Source of the DNA: an uncultured Chitinophaga sp.
GTDB lineage: Bacteria; Bacteroidota; Bacteroidia; Chitinophagales; LD1
Length of the DNA stretch: 64,000 bases
Reading direction: 5' to 3'
Assembly: GCA_964493695.1 (NCBI GenBank)
Contig: CAZBPG010000004.1
Span: 40,466-104,465 of the forward strand
Both the position numbers and the translations under genes were made by a program. Of this stretch, positions 19,363 to 27,999 are shown in pieces (position 1 is the stretch's first letter; the number at the start of each line of letters is the position of its first letter). Below the pieces are notes generated by a model. It ran no database searches, was not told where the DNA came from, and worked only from the letters and a program-made list of their open reading frames with translations.

Positions 19363-21744
19363 ATGAAGAAAACTTTTCTCCTTTCAATTTTGGCCTTTGC
19401 GTTTCAGTTTATGGAGGCCAAAGATTTGCGTGGAGACACTATAGATATTCGCTCGTATGTTCTGAAACTGGATTTGTCGGATTTTACCGGAAAGGTTTTA
19501 AAGGGCGATGCCGTTATCGGTATAAAAGCAAAGATGAACGGAGTGGAAGGGATTCGCCTTGACCTTCTAAAGTTGAATGTGGACTCGGTAAAGGTGAATT
19601 CTTTCAATGCCCCGTTTACTTATAATGATTCGGTGCTTGACATCAACCTGCTTACTACACTAAGCACCGGTGATTCTGCCACTCTTCAGGTCTATTATCA
19701 GGGAATCCCGTATCACGCTCCGAACGATTTTGGGGGATTTTACTGGACAAGCACCCACGCATTTAACATCGGGGTAAGTTTTCTGGGCGATCCGCATAAT
19801 TACGGAAGGGTTTGGTTTCCGTGTTTCGATAATTTTGAGGTGCGTAGTTTGTATGAATTTTATGTGACGACTAAGAGCACGCATAAAGCATTTTGTAATG
19901 GTATTATGCTGGGAGTTGCAACACCCGGAGCTAAAAAAATATGGCATTGGAAACTCGGTCAGGAAATCCCTTCTTATCTCGCTTCTGTTGCGGTTTCGGA
20001 TTATGCAACTGTGAATGATACAGTCAACGGGATGAACGGAACAATTCCTGTTCAGCTGGCAGCAAATGCCAGTGATACTACTAATCTCAAAAATCTCTTC
20101 GTGCACTTGCGCGATGCTTTCCACATTCAGGAAAATTTGTGGGGGCCATACCAATGGGACCGGGTTGGCTATTGTATTGTTCCGTTTAATGCCGGGGCTA
20201 TGGAACACGCTACCAACATCGGGTTTATGAGTTATTATTTAAATGTGCTGGCCTCAGAAGCAGAAGAAGCTATGGCGCACGAACTTTCGCACCATTGGTT
20301 CGGAAATCTCGTGACCTGTGACAGTGCCAGCGAGATGTGGCTGAATGAAGGATGGGCACGGTATAACGAGAAATTGTTTTTGGAAAGATTGTATGGCGAC
20401 TCTGCTTATAAACAAAGCATGAGAGAATTGCATGAAGATGTTTTGCATACGGCTCATGTGAGGGATGACTCTTACCTGCCGGTTAGCGGAGTGCCCACAG
20501 AATACACCTATGGAACAACGGTTTATGATAAAGGCGCTGATGTAATTCATACGCTTCGCTCTTATATGGGCGATTCGCTCTTTTTTCATTGTGTAAAAAA
20601 TTTCATAGCAGACTTTTCGTGGAAGAACATGAGCACTGCACAACTGCGCGATTATCTTTCGCAATGCTCCGGTATTAACCTGAACGATTATTTTAATGAT
20701 TGGGTTTACTCGCCTGGCTTTCCGCATTTTTCGATTGATGTACAGGCAGTGGAAGGGTTCCCGGCCGAACCGTATGAGTTGTATGCAAACGTGCATCAAC
20801 GCTTGAACCATGCTCCGCACTATTACGATAATGTGCCTGTGACAATTTCATATTTCGACTCAGCCTGGCATAGAACGGATGTACATGCGATGGTAAGCGG
20901 TGAATGCACACCGGTTCATTTGTTTCAATTGTATTTTCCAATGCCTGCGTATATAGCGGTTGACTTCGATGAAAAACTTCAGGATGCCATTACCGATGAA
21001 TGGAAAGTAATTTCTGACACCGGTAGCTTCGATTTCGGAACTGCAAAAATGATTTTGCAGGTAACGGCAAATACTGATTCAGGTTTAGTGCGCGTAGAAC
21101 ATAACTGGGTTCGCCCAGAGCCTATGCACAATAAAATTGCGGGACTGCATTTGCACGGTAAACGTTATTGGACGATTGACGGAATCATCAATCAAAACTT
21201 TAGTGCAGATGCAAAAATTTATTTTGACGGGTCTGATGTTTCGCTCGACTCGACTTTTATCACAAATTCCGAAGACAGTCTGGTTGTAATGTATCGCACA
21301 GATAGTTATGCTGATTGGATGGAAGCGAATTCTTTTTCTATTAGTACACAGGGGAATCCGTCTGATAAAGTTGGCTTTGTAACTGTTCACGGAGTTAGTA
21401 AAGGACAATATTGTTTAGCTATCCGGAATTCTGCTTTGCCGGATACTGCTGCCAGTGAAAGCGATTGTTTCGTTGTTACGTCTGTAAACGACTTTGAAAG
21501 CAAAAATGAATTTCAGCTTTCTCCGAACCCAACTAATGAAAGTGTAGTAGTAAGTTTTGAAAAAAACATTTTCAATACAGCAGAGTTGTTTGATTTAGCC
21601 GGAAGAAAGCTTTTGGAGCAGAACATTTCCATGACACAAAGCTCAGTTCAATTGAAGTTGAAGAATTTTCAAAACGGAGTTTATCTTGTAACATTGATCG
21701 GTAATAACACCGGCAGAATTTCAAAAAAAATAATCAAGCAGTGA
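19363..21744 (+). CDS. M1-family zinc aminopeptidase with T9SS type A-like C-terminal domain
   Basis: GAMEH exopeptidase-type motif and HELSH-x18-E zinc site (HELSHHWFGNLVTCDSASEMWLNEG). The C-terminal ~80 aa (FQLSPNPTNESVVVSF...NGVYLVTLIGNNTGRISKKIIKQ) resemble a Por secretion tail. I placed the start at ATG 19363 (signal peptide MKKTFLLSILAFAF) because the TTG at 19330 lies inside the upstream terminator stem. Confidence 0.88.
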   Translation: MKKTFLLSILAFAFQFMEAKDLRGDTIDIRSYVLKLDLSDFTGKVLKGDAVIGIKAKMNGVEGIRLDLLKLNVDSVKVNSFNAPFTYNDSVLDINLLTTLSTGDSATLQVYYQGIPYHAPNDFGGFYWTSTHAFNIGVSFLGDPHNYGRVWFPCFDNFEVRSLYEFYVTTKSTHKAFCNGIMLGVATPGAKKIWHWKLGQEIPSYLASVAVSDYATVNDTVNGMNGTIPVQLAANASDTTNLKNLFVHLRDAFHIQENLWGPYQWDRVGYCIVPFNAGAMEHATNIGFMSYYLNVLASEAEEAMAHELSHHWFGNLVTCDSASEMWLNEGWARYNEKLFLERLYGDSAYKQSMRELHEDVLHTAHVRDDSYLPVSGVPTEYTYGTTVYDKGADVIHTLRSYMGDSLFFHCVKNFIADFSWKNMSTAQLRDYLSQCSGINLNDYFNDWVYSPGFPHFSIDVQAVEGFPAEPYELYANVHQRLNHAPHYYDNVPVTISYFDSAWHRTDVHAMVSGECTPVHLFQLYFPMPAYIAVDFDEKLQDAITDEWKVISDTGSFDFGTAKMILQVTANTDSGLVRVEHNWVRPEPMHNKIAGLHLHGKRYWTIDGIINQNFSADAKIYFDGSDVSLDSTFITNSEDSLVVMYRTDSYADWMEANSFSISTQGNPSDKVGFVTVHGVSKGQYCLAIRNSALPDTAASESDCFVVTSVNDFESKNEFQLSPNPTNESVVVSFEKNIFNTAELFDLAGRKLLEQNISMTQSSVQLKLKNFQNGVYLVTLIGNNTGRISKKIIKQ

Positions 21745-22637
21745 TGGAAATCAGGAAGGTATCAGTAATAGGGGCGGGAACCATGGGTAACGGTATTGCG
21801 CATGTTTTTGCACAGAACAATTTTTCGGTGAATCTGGTAGATGTTTCGCAACCGGCTTTGGATAAAGCGGTGGCTACTATTACTAAGAACCTTGACCGGA
21901 TGGTAGCCAAAGGGAGTATTAGCGAAGAGGTGAAAACTGCTACACTCAAAAAACTTTCTACCAATACATCGCTCGATGTCTGCAAAGATTCGGACTTAGT
22001 GGTGGAAGCCGCTACCGAGAATGCAGACATTAAATTGAAAATATTTAAACAACTTGATGAGTTGTGTAAACCGGAAACTATTCTTGCTTCTAATACTTCT
22101 TCTATTTCCATTACAAAAATTGGTGCTGCCACCAAGCGTGCCGATAAAGTAATCGGTATGCACTTTATGAACCCGGTTCCGCTGATGAAGCTGGTGGAAA
22201 TAATAAAAGGCTATGCCACCTCTGCCGAGGTGCTAACGCAGATTGCAGACTGCTCGAAGAAACTGGACAAGATACCGGTAGAGGTGAACGATTATCCGGG
22301 CTTTGTGGCCAACCGCATTTTAATGCCCATGATTAACGAAGCCATTTACACTTTATACGAAGGCGTTGCCGGAGTAAACGAGATTGATACGGTAATGAAA
22401 CTCGGCATGGCTCATCCCATGGGCCCTTTGCAGTTGGCAGACTTTATAGGCCTGGATGTTTGTCTGGCTATATTGAAAGTGTTGCACGAAGGTTTCGGAA
22501 ACCCGAAATACGCCCCTTGTCCTTTGCTGGTGAACATGGTTACTGCAGCACGTTTGGGAGTTAAAACAGGCGAAGGCTTTTATAAATACGAAGCCGGCTC
22601 GAAAGAGTTGAAAGTAAGCCCTAGGTTCAATACATAA
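21744..22637 (+). CDS. hbd: 3-hydroxybutyryl-CoA / 3-hydroxyacyl-CoA dehydrogenase
   Basis: Rossmann motif VSVIGAGTMGNGIA, plus HFMNPVPLMKLVE and GFVANRIL motifs; about 297 aa. ATG 21744 overlaps the upstream TGA by one base (TGATG). Confidence 0.88.
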   Translation: MEIRKVSVIGAGTMGNGIAHVFAQNNFSVNLVDVSQPALDKAVATITKNLDRMVAKGSISEEVKTATLKKLSTNTSLDVCKDSDLVVEAATENADIKLKIFKQLDELCKPETILASNTSSISITKIGAATKRADKVIGMHFMNPVPLMKLVEIIKGYATSAEVLTQIADCSKKLDKIPVEVNDYPGFVANRILMPMINEAIYTLYEGVAGVNEIDTVMKLGMAHPMGPLQLADFIGLDVCLAILKVLHEGFGNPKYAPCPLLVNMVTAARLGVKTGEGFYKYEAGSKELKVSPRFNT

Positions 22638-22748
22638 CCCCCAACCTCTAAAGGGGGCTTAACAGCCAAATACAAAATACAAACAGCCAAGAGATTTTCT
22701 TGGCTGTTTGTATTTAAGTCTCCCCTTTAGGGGAGATTTAGAGGGGTG
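22636..22748. terminator. ~113-nt imperfect palindrome filling the whole hbd/argS convergent gap (probable bidirectional terminator built from two inverted CCCCTAAAGGGG-family elements)
   Basis: The central stem is a perfect 18 bp: AAATACAAACAGCCAAGA (22675-22692), loop GATTT, TCTTGGCTGTTTGTATTT (22698-22715). The outer arms are CCCCCAACCTCTAAAGGGGGCTT (22638-22660) and AAGTCTCCCCTTTAGGGGAGATTTAGAGGGGTG (22716-22748). Confidence 0.7.
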
Positions 22749-24533
22749 TTACATCTTCTCCGGTACTTCAATACCCAGCAGTTTCATAGCTTTCTTAATC
22801 ACAACTCCTGTTTCATTTGATAAGGCAACGCGGAATTTCTTTTCTTCTTCCGTTCCTGCATTCAGAATCGGAAAATCGTGATAGAATTTGTTGTAAAGCT
22901 TAGCCAGCGTATAAACATAGTTGGCTATTTCACTCGGGTCGTATTTTTCGGCAGCGGCATGAACGGTGTTTTCGTATTCGCCAAGATGAATAATGAGTTC
23001 GCGTTCAACATCACCAAGTGTTAGCTGTGTCACGGTTTCGAACTGTGGCACAGTTGTTTCCCCGGCCTTGCGCATTATCGCCTTTATCCGTGCATGTGTG
23101 TATTGAACAAAAGGACCGGTATGTCCGTGAAAGTCAATACTCTCTTCGGGATTGAAAATTATTTTCTTGTAAGGATTTACGCGCAATACAAAATATTTGA
23201 GCGCGCCAAGCCCGATGGTTTTGTAAAGTTCTTTTGCCTGCTCATCGGTAAAGCCTTCAATCTTGCCGAGTTCTTTTGTTTTCTCCTCGGCAATGCGTAA
23301 CACTTCTGCAATCAAATCATCGGCATCGGCAGTTTTGCCTTCGCGGCTTTTAAAACGACCGGTGGGCGATTCTACCAAAGCATAACTCAAATGAAAAATC
23401 CCGTCTGCCCATTTCTTACCCAGCTTTTGTAAAGCCAGTTTTAAAACTTTAAAATGATAATCCTGTTCGTTGGCCACCACATAAATCATCTTCTCCATGT
23501 TGAATTCTTCGTGGCGCAGTTGAGCGGTTCCCAAATCCTGAGTAATGTAAACCGATGTGCCATCGCTGCGCAGCAAAACCTTTTCATCCAGGCCATCCGG
23601 TGTCAGGTCAACAATCACAGCACCGTCTGCCCGTTTCTTAAACACATTGGTTTGCAAACCTTTATCAATAATGTCCTTGCCTAACTTGTAAGTTTCACTT
23701 TCGAAATAATCTTTTTCAAAATCTACGCTGAGCAGATTAAATGTTTGCTGAAAACCTTCATACACCCAATCGTTCATCTGTTTCCAGAGTTTAATCGTAT
23801 CTGCATCACCGGCTTCCCATTTCAAAACCATCGCCTGCGCTTCTTTAAAAATCGGAGTCAACTTCTGAGCTTCATCAGGGTCGGCCGGTGCATTGGGGAT
23901 GCTTTTTATTTCTTCTTTCGAAACCTCATTGAATTTTACATACCAGTCGCCTACAAAGTGGTCGCCTTTAATACCGGTTGATTGCGGAGTGGAATTGTTG
24001 CCGTAGCGCAGATACGCCACCATACTCTTGCTGATGTTAATGCCCCGGTCGTTGTAAATATTCACCTTGGTTACATCGTTACCGGCTGCCTTTAATATTT
24101 CACTCATCGAAAAGCCGAGGAGCATATTGCGCACGTGACCGATGTGTAGCGGCTTGTTGGTATTAGGTCCGCAATATTCGAGCACCACCTTCTTACTGTT
24201 TGCTGCAAACGTTCCGTATGCTTTGTTCTCCGAAATTTCTTTTAACCGGTTGAGCCAGTAAGCATCGGTAAGCGAAAGATTGAGAAACCCCTTGATTACA
24301 TTATACTTTCCTACAATGCCCGACTTCTCTTTCAGTTTGCTGCCAAGCAACTCACCGGTCTGCTCGGGCGATTGTTTCGAAACTTTCGTAAGCGGAAAAA
24401 CCACAATGGTATAATCACCTTCGTGTTCCTTCTTCGTTATGTTGATGGTCACACTATCCAACGGAACATACGCCCCGAATTCTTCTTTAAAAATAGCTGC
24501 CGTTGATTGCTTTAATGTCTGTTCTAATGTCAT
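22749..24533 (-). CDS. argS: Arginine--tRNA ligase
   Basis: 594 aa. It has the class I HIGH motif (NKPLHIGHVRN) and the typical ArgRS layout, with a C-terminal anticodon-binding region ending LLGIEVPEKM. Confidence 0.93.
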   Translation of the reverse strand: MTLEQTLKQSTAAIFKEEFGAYVPLDSVTINITKKEHEGDYTIVVFPLTKVSKQSPEQTGELLGSKLKEKSGIVGKYNVIKGFLNLSLTDAYWLNRLKEISENKAYGTFAANSKKVVLEYCGPNTNKPLHIGHVRNMLLGFSMSEILKAAGNDVTKVNIYNDRGINISKSMVAYLRYGNNSTPQSTGIKGDHFVGDWYVKFNEVSKEEIKSIPNAPADPDEAQKLTPIFKEAQAMVLKWEAGDADTIKLWKQMNDWVYEGFQQTFNLLSVDFEKDYFESETYKLGKDIIDKGLQTNVFKKRADGAVIVDLTPDGLDEKVLLRSDGTSVYITQDLGTAQLRHEEFNMEKMIYVVANEQDYHFKVLKLALQKLGKKWADGIFHLSYALVESPTGRFKSREGKTADADDLIAEVLRIAEEKTKELGKIEGFTDEQAKELYKTIGLGALKYFVLRVNPYKKIIFNPEESIDFHGHTGPFVQYTHARIKAIMRKAGETTVPQFETVTQLTLGDVERELIIHLGEYENTVHAAAEKYDPSEIANYVYTLAKLYNKFYHDFPILNAGTEEEKKFRVALSNETGVVIKKAMKLLGIEVPEKM

Positions 24534-24551
24534 CTGTGAGTGTAATTATTA

Positions 24552-24645
24552 TTTCGCAGAGACAAGAATAAAAATTCCTTTCGCACGGAGACACGGAGTT
24601 TTATTTTGCCTTCCCTTCTGCATTCTCTGTGCCTCCGTGCGACAT
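24552..24645. repeat. Tandem-octamer hairpin element (CACGGAGA-type) at the 3' side of the GxxExxY gene
   Basis: TTTCGCAGAGACAAGAA and TTTCGCACGGAGACACGGAG (24579-24598) are followed by the inverted CTGTGCCTCCGTGCGAC (about 24628-24644). The inverted arm lies inside the 3' end of the ORF. Confidence 0.65.
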
Positions 24646-25056
24646 GCCTTTATTTTCTCCCCTGCTTTTCGCGAACTTACTTTTATCGTCAATTAATCTT
24701 GTTATTCCATTCTTTAACAAGAGTGTATTGAAATTAATAATCAATCCCACTTCAATGCCTGTCAACCGCATATAAGTAAGGAGTGTTTTGGAGTGCACCG
24801 GAGAAACCTCCTCCACTGATTTCAATTCAACAATCACTTTATCCTCCACGATTAAATCAGCACGAAAACCAATACCGAGTTCAATATCTCCATACTTCAC
24901 CGGTATATCGTATTGTCTCTTAAAACTCAAACCCTCCTTCTTCAACTCGTAACAAATAGCTTCTTCGTAAACACTCTCCAGCAAACCCGGCCCAAGGGTA
25001 TCATGCACTCTCATGCAAATACCTATTATCTCTCCTGTCAGATTCGAATGTTTCAT
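24601..25056 (-). CDS. GxxExxY-family protein (PD-(D/E)XK-like fold family)
   Basis: The motif GLLESVYEEAICYEL matches G-x-x-E-x-x-Y, and the family core continues ...FRADLIVEDKVIVELKSVE.... I placed the start at ATG 25056 (MKHSNLTGEIIG). The C-terminal tail ...SRGENKGMSHGGTENAEGKAK is encoded by the flanking repeat. Confidence 0.8.
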   Translation of the reverse strand: MKHSNLTGEIIGICMRVHDTLGPGLLESVYEEAICYELKKEGLSFKRQYDIPVKYGDIELGIGFRADLIVEDKVIVELKSVEEVSPVHSKTLLTYMRLTGIEVGLIINFNTLLLKNGITRLIDDKSKFAKSRGENKGMSHGGTENAEGKAK

Positions 25057-25066
25057 ATTAAATGCA

Positions 25067-25190
25067 TTTCGCACAGAGACACGGAGTTAAATCCACACAG
25101 AGGTTTATTTCCCTTTCTCTCGCATTCTCCATGTCCTCGTATTTTGTTTTCTCCTTGTCTTTGATTTATTCCTCCGTGTCTCCGTGCGAT
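25067..25190. repeat. Tandem-octamer hairpin element (CACGGAGA-type) at the 5' side of the GxxExxY gene
   Basis: TTTCGCACAGAGACACGGAG (25067-25086) is matched by the inverted CCTCCGTGTCTCCGTGCGAT (25171-25190). Confidence 0.65.
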
Positions 25191-25317
25191 ATGTATTTCT
25201 TGTATTCCGTGCTAACCTGTATTCTGTATTTTCCCTACGCCTTCCGTGCTACACCTACTTTTTTTCTCCCAATTAATCGCGGCTAAAAATATACTTTCGC
25301 ACACAATTTTTTTTACG

Positions 25318-26712
25318 ATGAACAAACGTCAGAAATACCGCGATCTTATCAATCAGACTTTCGACTTTCCGCAGCGCGATTTCAAGGAGGAAAAAAACGT
25401 GCTTTACTGGAACGACCTGCCGCTGATGGACATTATTGCCCAGTATGGCAGCCCCCTCCGGTTGACTTACCTTCCCAAAATTTCGCAGCAAATACAAAAA
25501 GCGCGCAGGCTGTTCAATTCATCTATTGCCAACAACAATTACAGTGGCGATTACCATTACGGCTACTGCACCAAAAGTTCGCATTTCTCTTTTGTGCTCG
25601 AAGAAGCTCTGAAGAATAAAGTATTTCTCGAAACCTCTTCCGCTTTCGATTTCGAAATCATCAAGCGGATGGAAGAGAAGAAAAAGTTTAAGAAAGAGCA
25701 ATACATCGTCTGCAATGGGTTTAAGACCGATGCTTACGTCAACAAGATTATCGAGGCGTTCAATAACGGGTTCAAGAATGTTATTCCCATACTCGATAAT
25801 TTAGATGAAGTAGATAAGTTCAGTTCCATCAGCGAGCCCATGAACATAGGTATGCGCATTGCAGCCGAAGAAGAACCTAAATACGAATTCTATACTTCGC
25901 GCCTCGGCATCCGGTACAATGATATTGTTCCGCTCTACGAACAAAAGGTAAAGAACAACCCGAACCTGAAAATGAAGATGCTTCACTTCTTCATCGACAC
26001 CGGTATTAAAGATGTAAACTATTACTGGACGGAATTTCACAAAGCGCTGGGCGTGTATTGCGACCTTAAAAAGATTTGCCCCGAGCTCAATACCATCAAC
26101 CTGGGCGGAGGAATGCCCATTAAACATTCGCTGGCGGCAGATTTCGATTACGAATACATGATCAACGAAATTATTTCGCAGATAAAAACCACCTGCAACA
26201 ACGAAGGCGTTGATGAACCGGATATCTTCACCGAGTTCGGAAGTTATACGGTAGGCGAAAGCGGTTGTGTAATTTTCAGTGTGCTGGGCGTTAAACGTCA
26301 GAACGACCGCGAAACCTGGTATATGCTCGATGGTTCGCTGATGAATAACTTACCCGATGTGTGGGGCTTATCGCAGCGGTTTATCATGCTGCCTATCAAT
26401 AAATGGGACGATGAATACAAGCACGTAAACCTGGGCGGCATTACCTGCGATGTGGGCGACTATTACAACAGCGATGCACACATCAACCAGGTGTATCTTC
26501 CTAAAATTAAGCAGGGCGAAAAACTTTTTATCGGTTTCTTCAACACCGGTGCCTATCAGGATACGCTGAGCGGATACGGTGGCATTAAACATTGTCTGCT
26601 TCCATCGCCTCCGCATATTCTGGTTGACGAAAAGAAAAAGGGAGAGTTCACTTACAGGATTTTTGCCGAAGAGCAAACGGCAGAGAGTATGATGAAGATT
26701 TTAGGGTATTAG
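25318..26712 (+). CDS. Type III PLP-dependent decarboxylase (arginine/ornithine/DAP decarboxylase fold; probable arginine decarboxylase)
   Basis: 464 aa. A lysine-containing segment, YHYGYCTKSSHFSFVLEEAL, sits where the PLP lysine of this fold is expected. INLGGGMP and GSYTVGESG segments are typical of the alanine-racemase-like barrel decarboxylases. I placed the start at ATG 25318 (MNKRQKYRDLINQTFDFP). Confidence 0.72.
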   Translation: MNKRQKYRDLINQTFDFPQRDFKEEKNVLYWNDLPLMDIIAQYGSPLRLTYLPKISQQIQKARRLFNSSIANNNYSGDYHYGYCTKSSHFSFVLEEALKNKVFLETSSAFDFEIIKRMEEKKKFKKEQYIVCNGFKTDAYVNKIIEAFNNGFKNVIPILDNLDEVDKFSSISEPMNIGMRIAAEEEPKYEFYTSRLGIRYNDIVPLYEQKVKNNPNLKMKMLHFFIDTGIKDVNYYWTEFHKALGVYCDLKKICPELNTINLGGGMPIKHSLAADFDYEYMINEIISQIKTTCNNEGVDEPDIFTEFGSYTVGESGCVIFSVLGVKRQNDRETWYMLDGSLMNNLPDVWGLSQRFIMLPINKWDDEYKHVNLGGITCDVGDYYNSDAHINQVYLPKIKQGEKLFIGFFNTGAYQDTLSGYGGIKHCLLPSPPHILVDEKKKGEFTYRIFAEEQTAESMMKILGY

Positions 26713-26774
26713 AATTGTTTGCTCATGCAAACTAATCAGCGCGGCTATTGATTTACCCTTTAATTTATGTTTTC

Positions 26775-26886
26775 TACTCATTTTGTTTAAACAAATACCC
26801 GCTTTATTGATTTTATTACTCATTATGATAAAAATTTTACTCATTATTACTCAATAATTACTCATTTATTAAACAGAACTACTCAT
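26775..26886. repeat. Six helically phased TACTCA(T) boxes in the convergent speA-like/orphan intergenic region
   Basis: TACTCA starts at 26775, 26817, 26838, 26848, 26859 and 26880, giving spacings of 42, 21, 10, 11 and 21 nt. Three copies read ATTACTCA(T/A). Confidence 0.75.
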
Positions 26887-26907
26887 TTTTATACAAAAAT
26901 CACGTGT

Positions 26908-27849
26908 TTAATAGATTGCCTTTATAGTAAATGAGCCTGCAGTGTTGGCAGAAGAATTAGCTACGGTAATAACACTGAGCTTAGGTGGTATTTTGAAATT
27001 TTTATTGGGCAGAACGGTGGTTACAAATACCGATGTGCCGGTTCCTTTGTACAAATCTAACGGCACAGTGCCTGTATTGCTCAGCGTTCCGCCAATAACA
27101 ATACCGCGCAGGCATTTTTGTGAAGCAGGTTTCAGTTTTACCCTGCGTGTGCGTGGCCCAGCGGGCTGTTCCACCACGGTAAAACCGTATAATTCCATGG
27201 CCCGGAAATTTTTAGTGTAAAGTTTTTTCAGATAACCGCCTATGTCCCTCAAATGCTTTACCACCGGTGCGCGGAAAAGGTCGCGCTGCTGGCGTTCGTT
27301 CTCTGCATCTTTTTGTGCCTGTACCAATTGTAAGTGAAAATTTAAAGCGGCACCGGCTTTGGTTTGCAGCGCGTTCAGGTCAATGCCCTGCAGCGTTAAA
27401 TAGGGCTGCAAAGGGCTGCTGCCAGCGGGGAAAGAATCGTGTTTTTGTTTCAGCAGCTTAAAAATTTCGAACATACCGGTGAACGATGCAGGGTAGTCTA
27501 AGCGACTTTTGCCTTTTACCGGCAGCCCCCAAAGGCCAAGTTGTCGGGTGTTGGGTGCCAGCAGGTTTTTAAGAAATTGCCCCACCGGTTTTATCATTTC
27601 CTTTACCGGTGCAAAATTTATATCGCGATGTTGCTTGAAAGTTTCGGCATCTTTGCTGTGCCGGCTGCGGTTGGTTTCGTGCGTCTGCGCTTCTACCATT
27701 GCCAGTTCATCAAGGGTTAAATCAATATCTTTTTCGCTTAAGTACAAATTCAGCACACTCGCAGCGCCATCGGCATCGTGCTTCGCCTTTACGTTACCAA
27801 TGAGGATGTATTGTTCCTCAAACACGGACGAAAATTTAAGCCGGCTCAT
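26908..27849 (-). CDS. Hypothetical protein (313 aa), helical N-terminal two-thirds and beta-rich C-terminus; no family recognised
   Basis: A long ORF with an ATG start and coding-like composition. It has no signal peptide and no motif I can assign. Confidence 0.7.
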   Translation of the reverse strand: MSRLKFSSVFEEQYILIGNVKAKHDADGAASVLNLYLSEKDIDLTLDELAMVEAQTHETNRSRHSKDAETFKQHRDINFAPVKEMIKPVGQFLKNLLAPNTRQLGLWGLPVKGKSRLDYPASFTGMFEIFKLLKQKHDSFPAGSSPLQPYLTLQGIDLNALQTKAGAALNFHLQLVQAQKDAENERQQRDLFRAPVVKHLRDIGGYLKKLYTKNFRAMELYGFTVVEQPAGPRTRRVKLKPASQKCLRGIVIGGTLSNTGTVPLDLYKGTGTSVFVTTVLPNKNFKIPPKLSVITVANSSANTAGSFTIKAIY

Positions 27850-27971
27850 ACAATATTTTTTACCGTATAAATTTATGGCATTAACCGGTTTTTAAAAAAG
27901 GGGGGAAGCATAAAACAAAAAACCGGCTTACTCCATGCATTCCTACGAAACCATGTTTTGTATTCGGCTGT

Positions 27972-27999
27972 TTAAGTCCTCTTTAGGGGATTTAGGGGT
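27972..27999. repeat. CCCCTAAAGGGG-family element (reverse orientation) abutting the GT-C gene stop
   Basis: TTAAGTCCTCTTTAGGGGATTTAGGGGTT ends 1 nt before the TTA (the reverse complement of TAA) stop at 28000-28002. Confidence 0.7.

Noticed and set aside
19660-20820. 182-aa and 188-aa minus-strand ORFs within the M1 aminopeptidase gene, and similar cases at 45755-46279, 35215-35643 and 36812-37267
   Set aside because: They are antisense to genes with strong motif support and have no motifs of their own.
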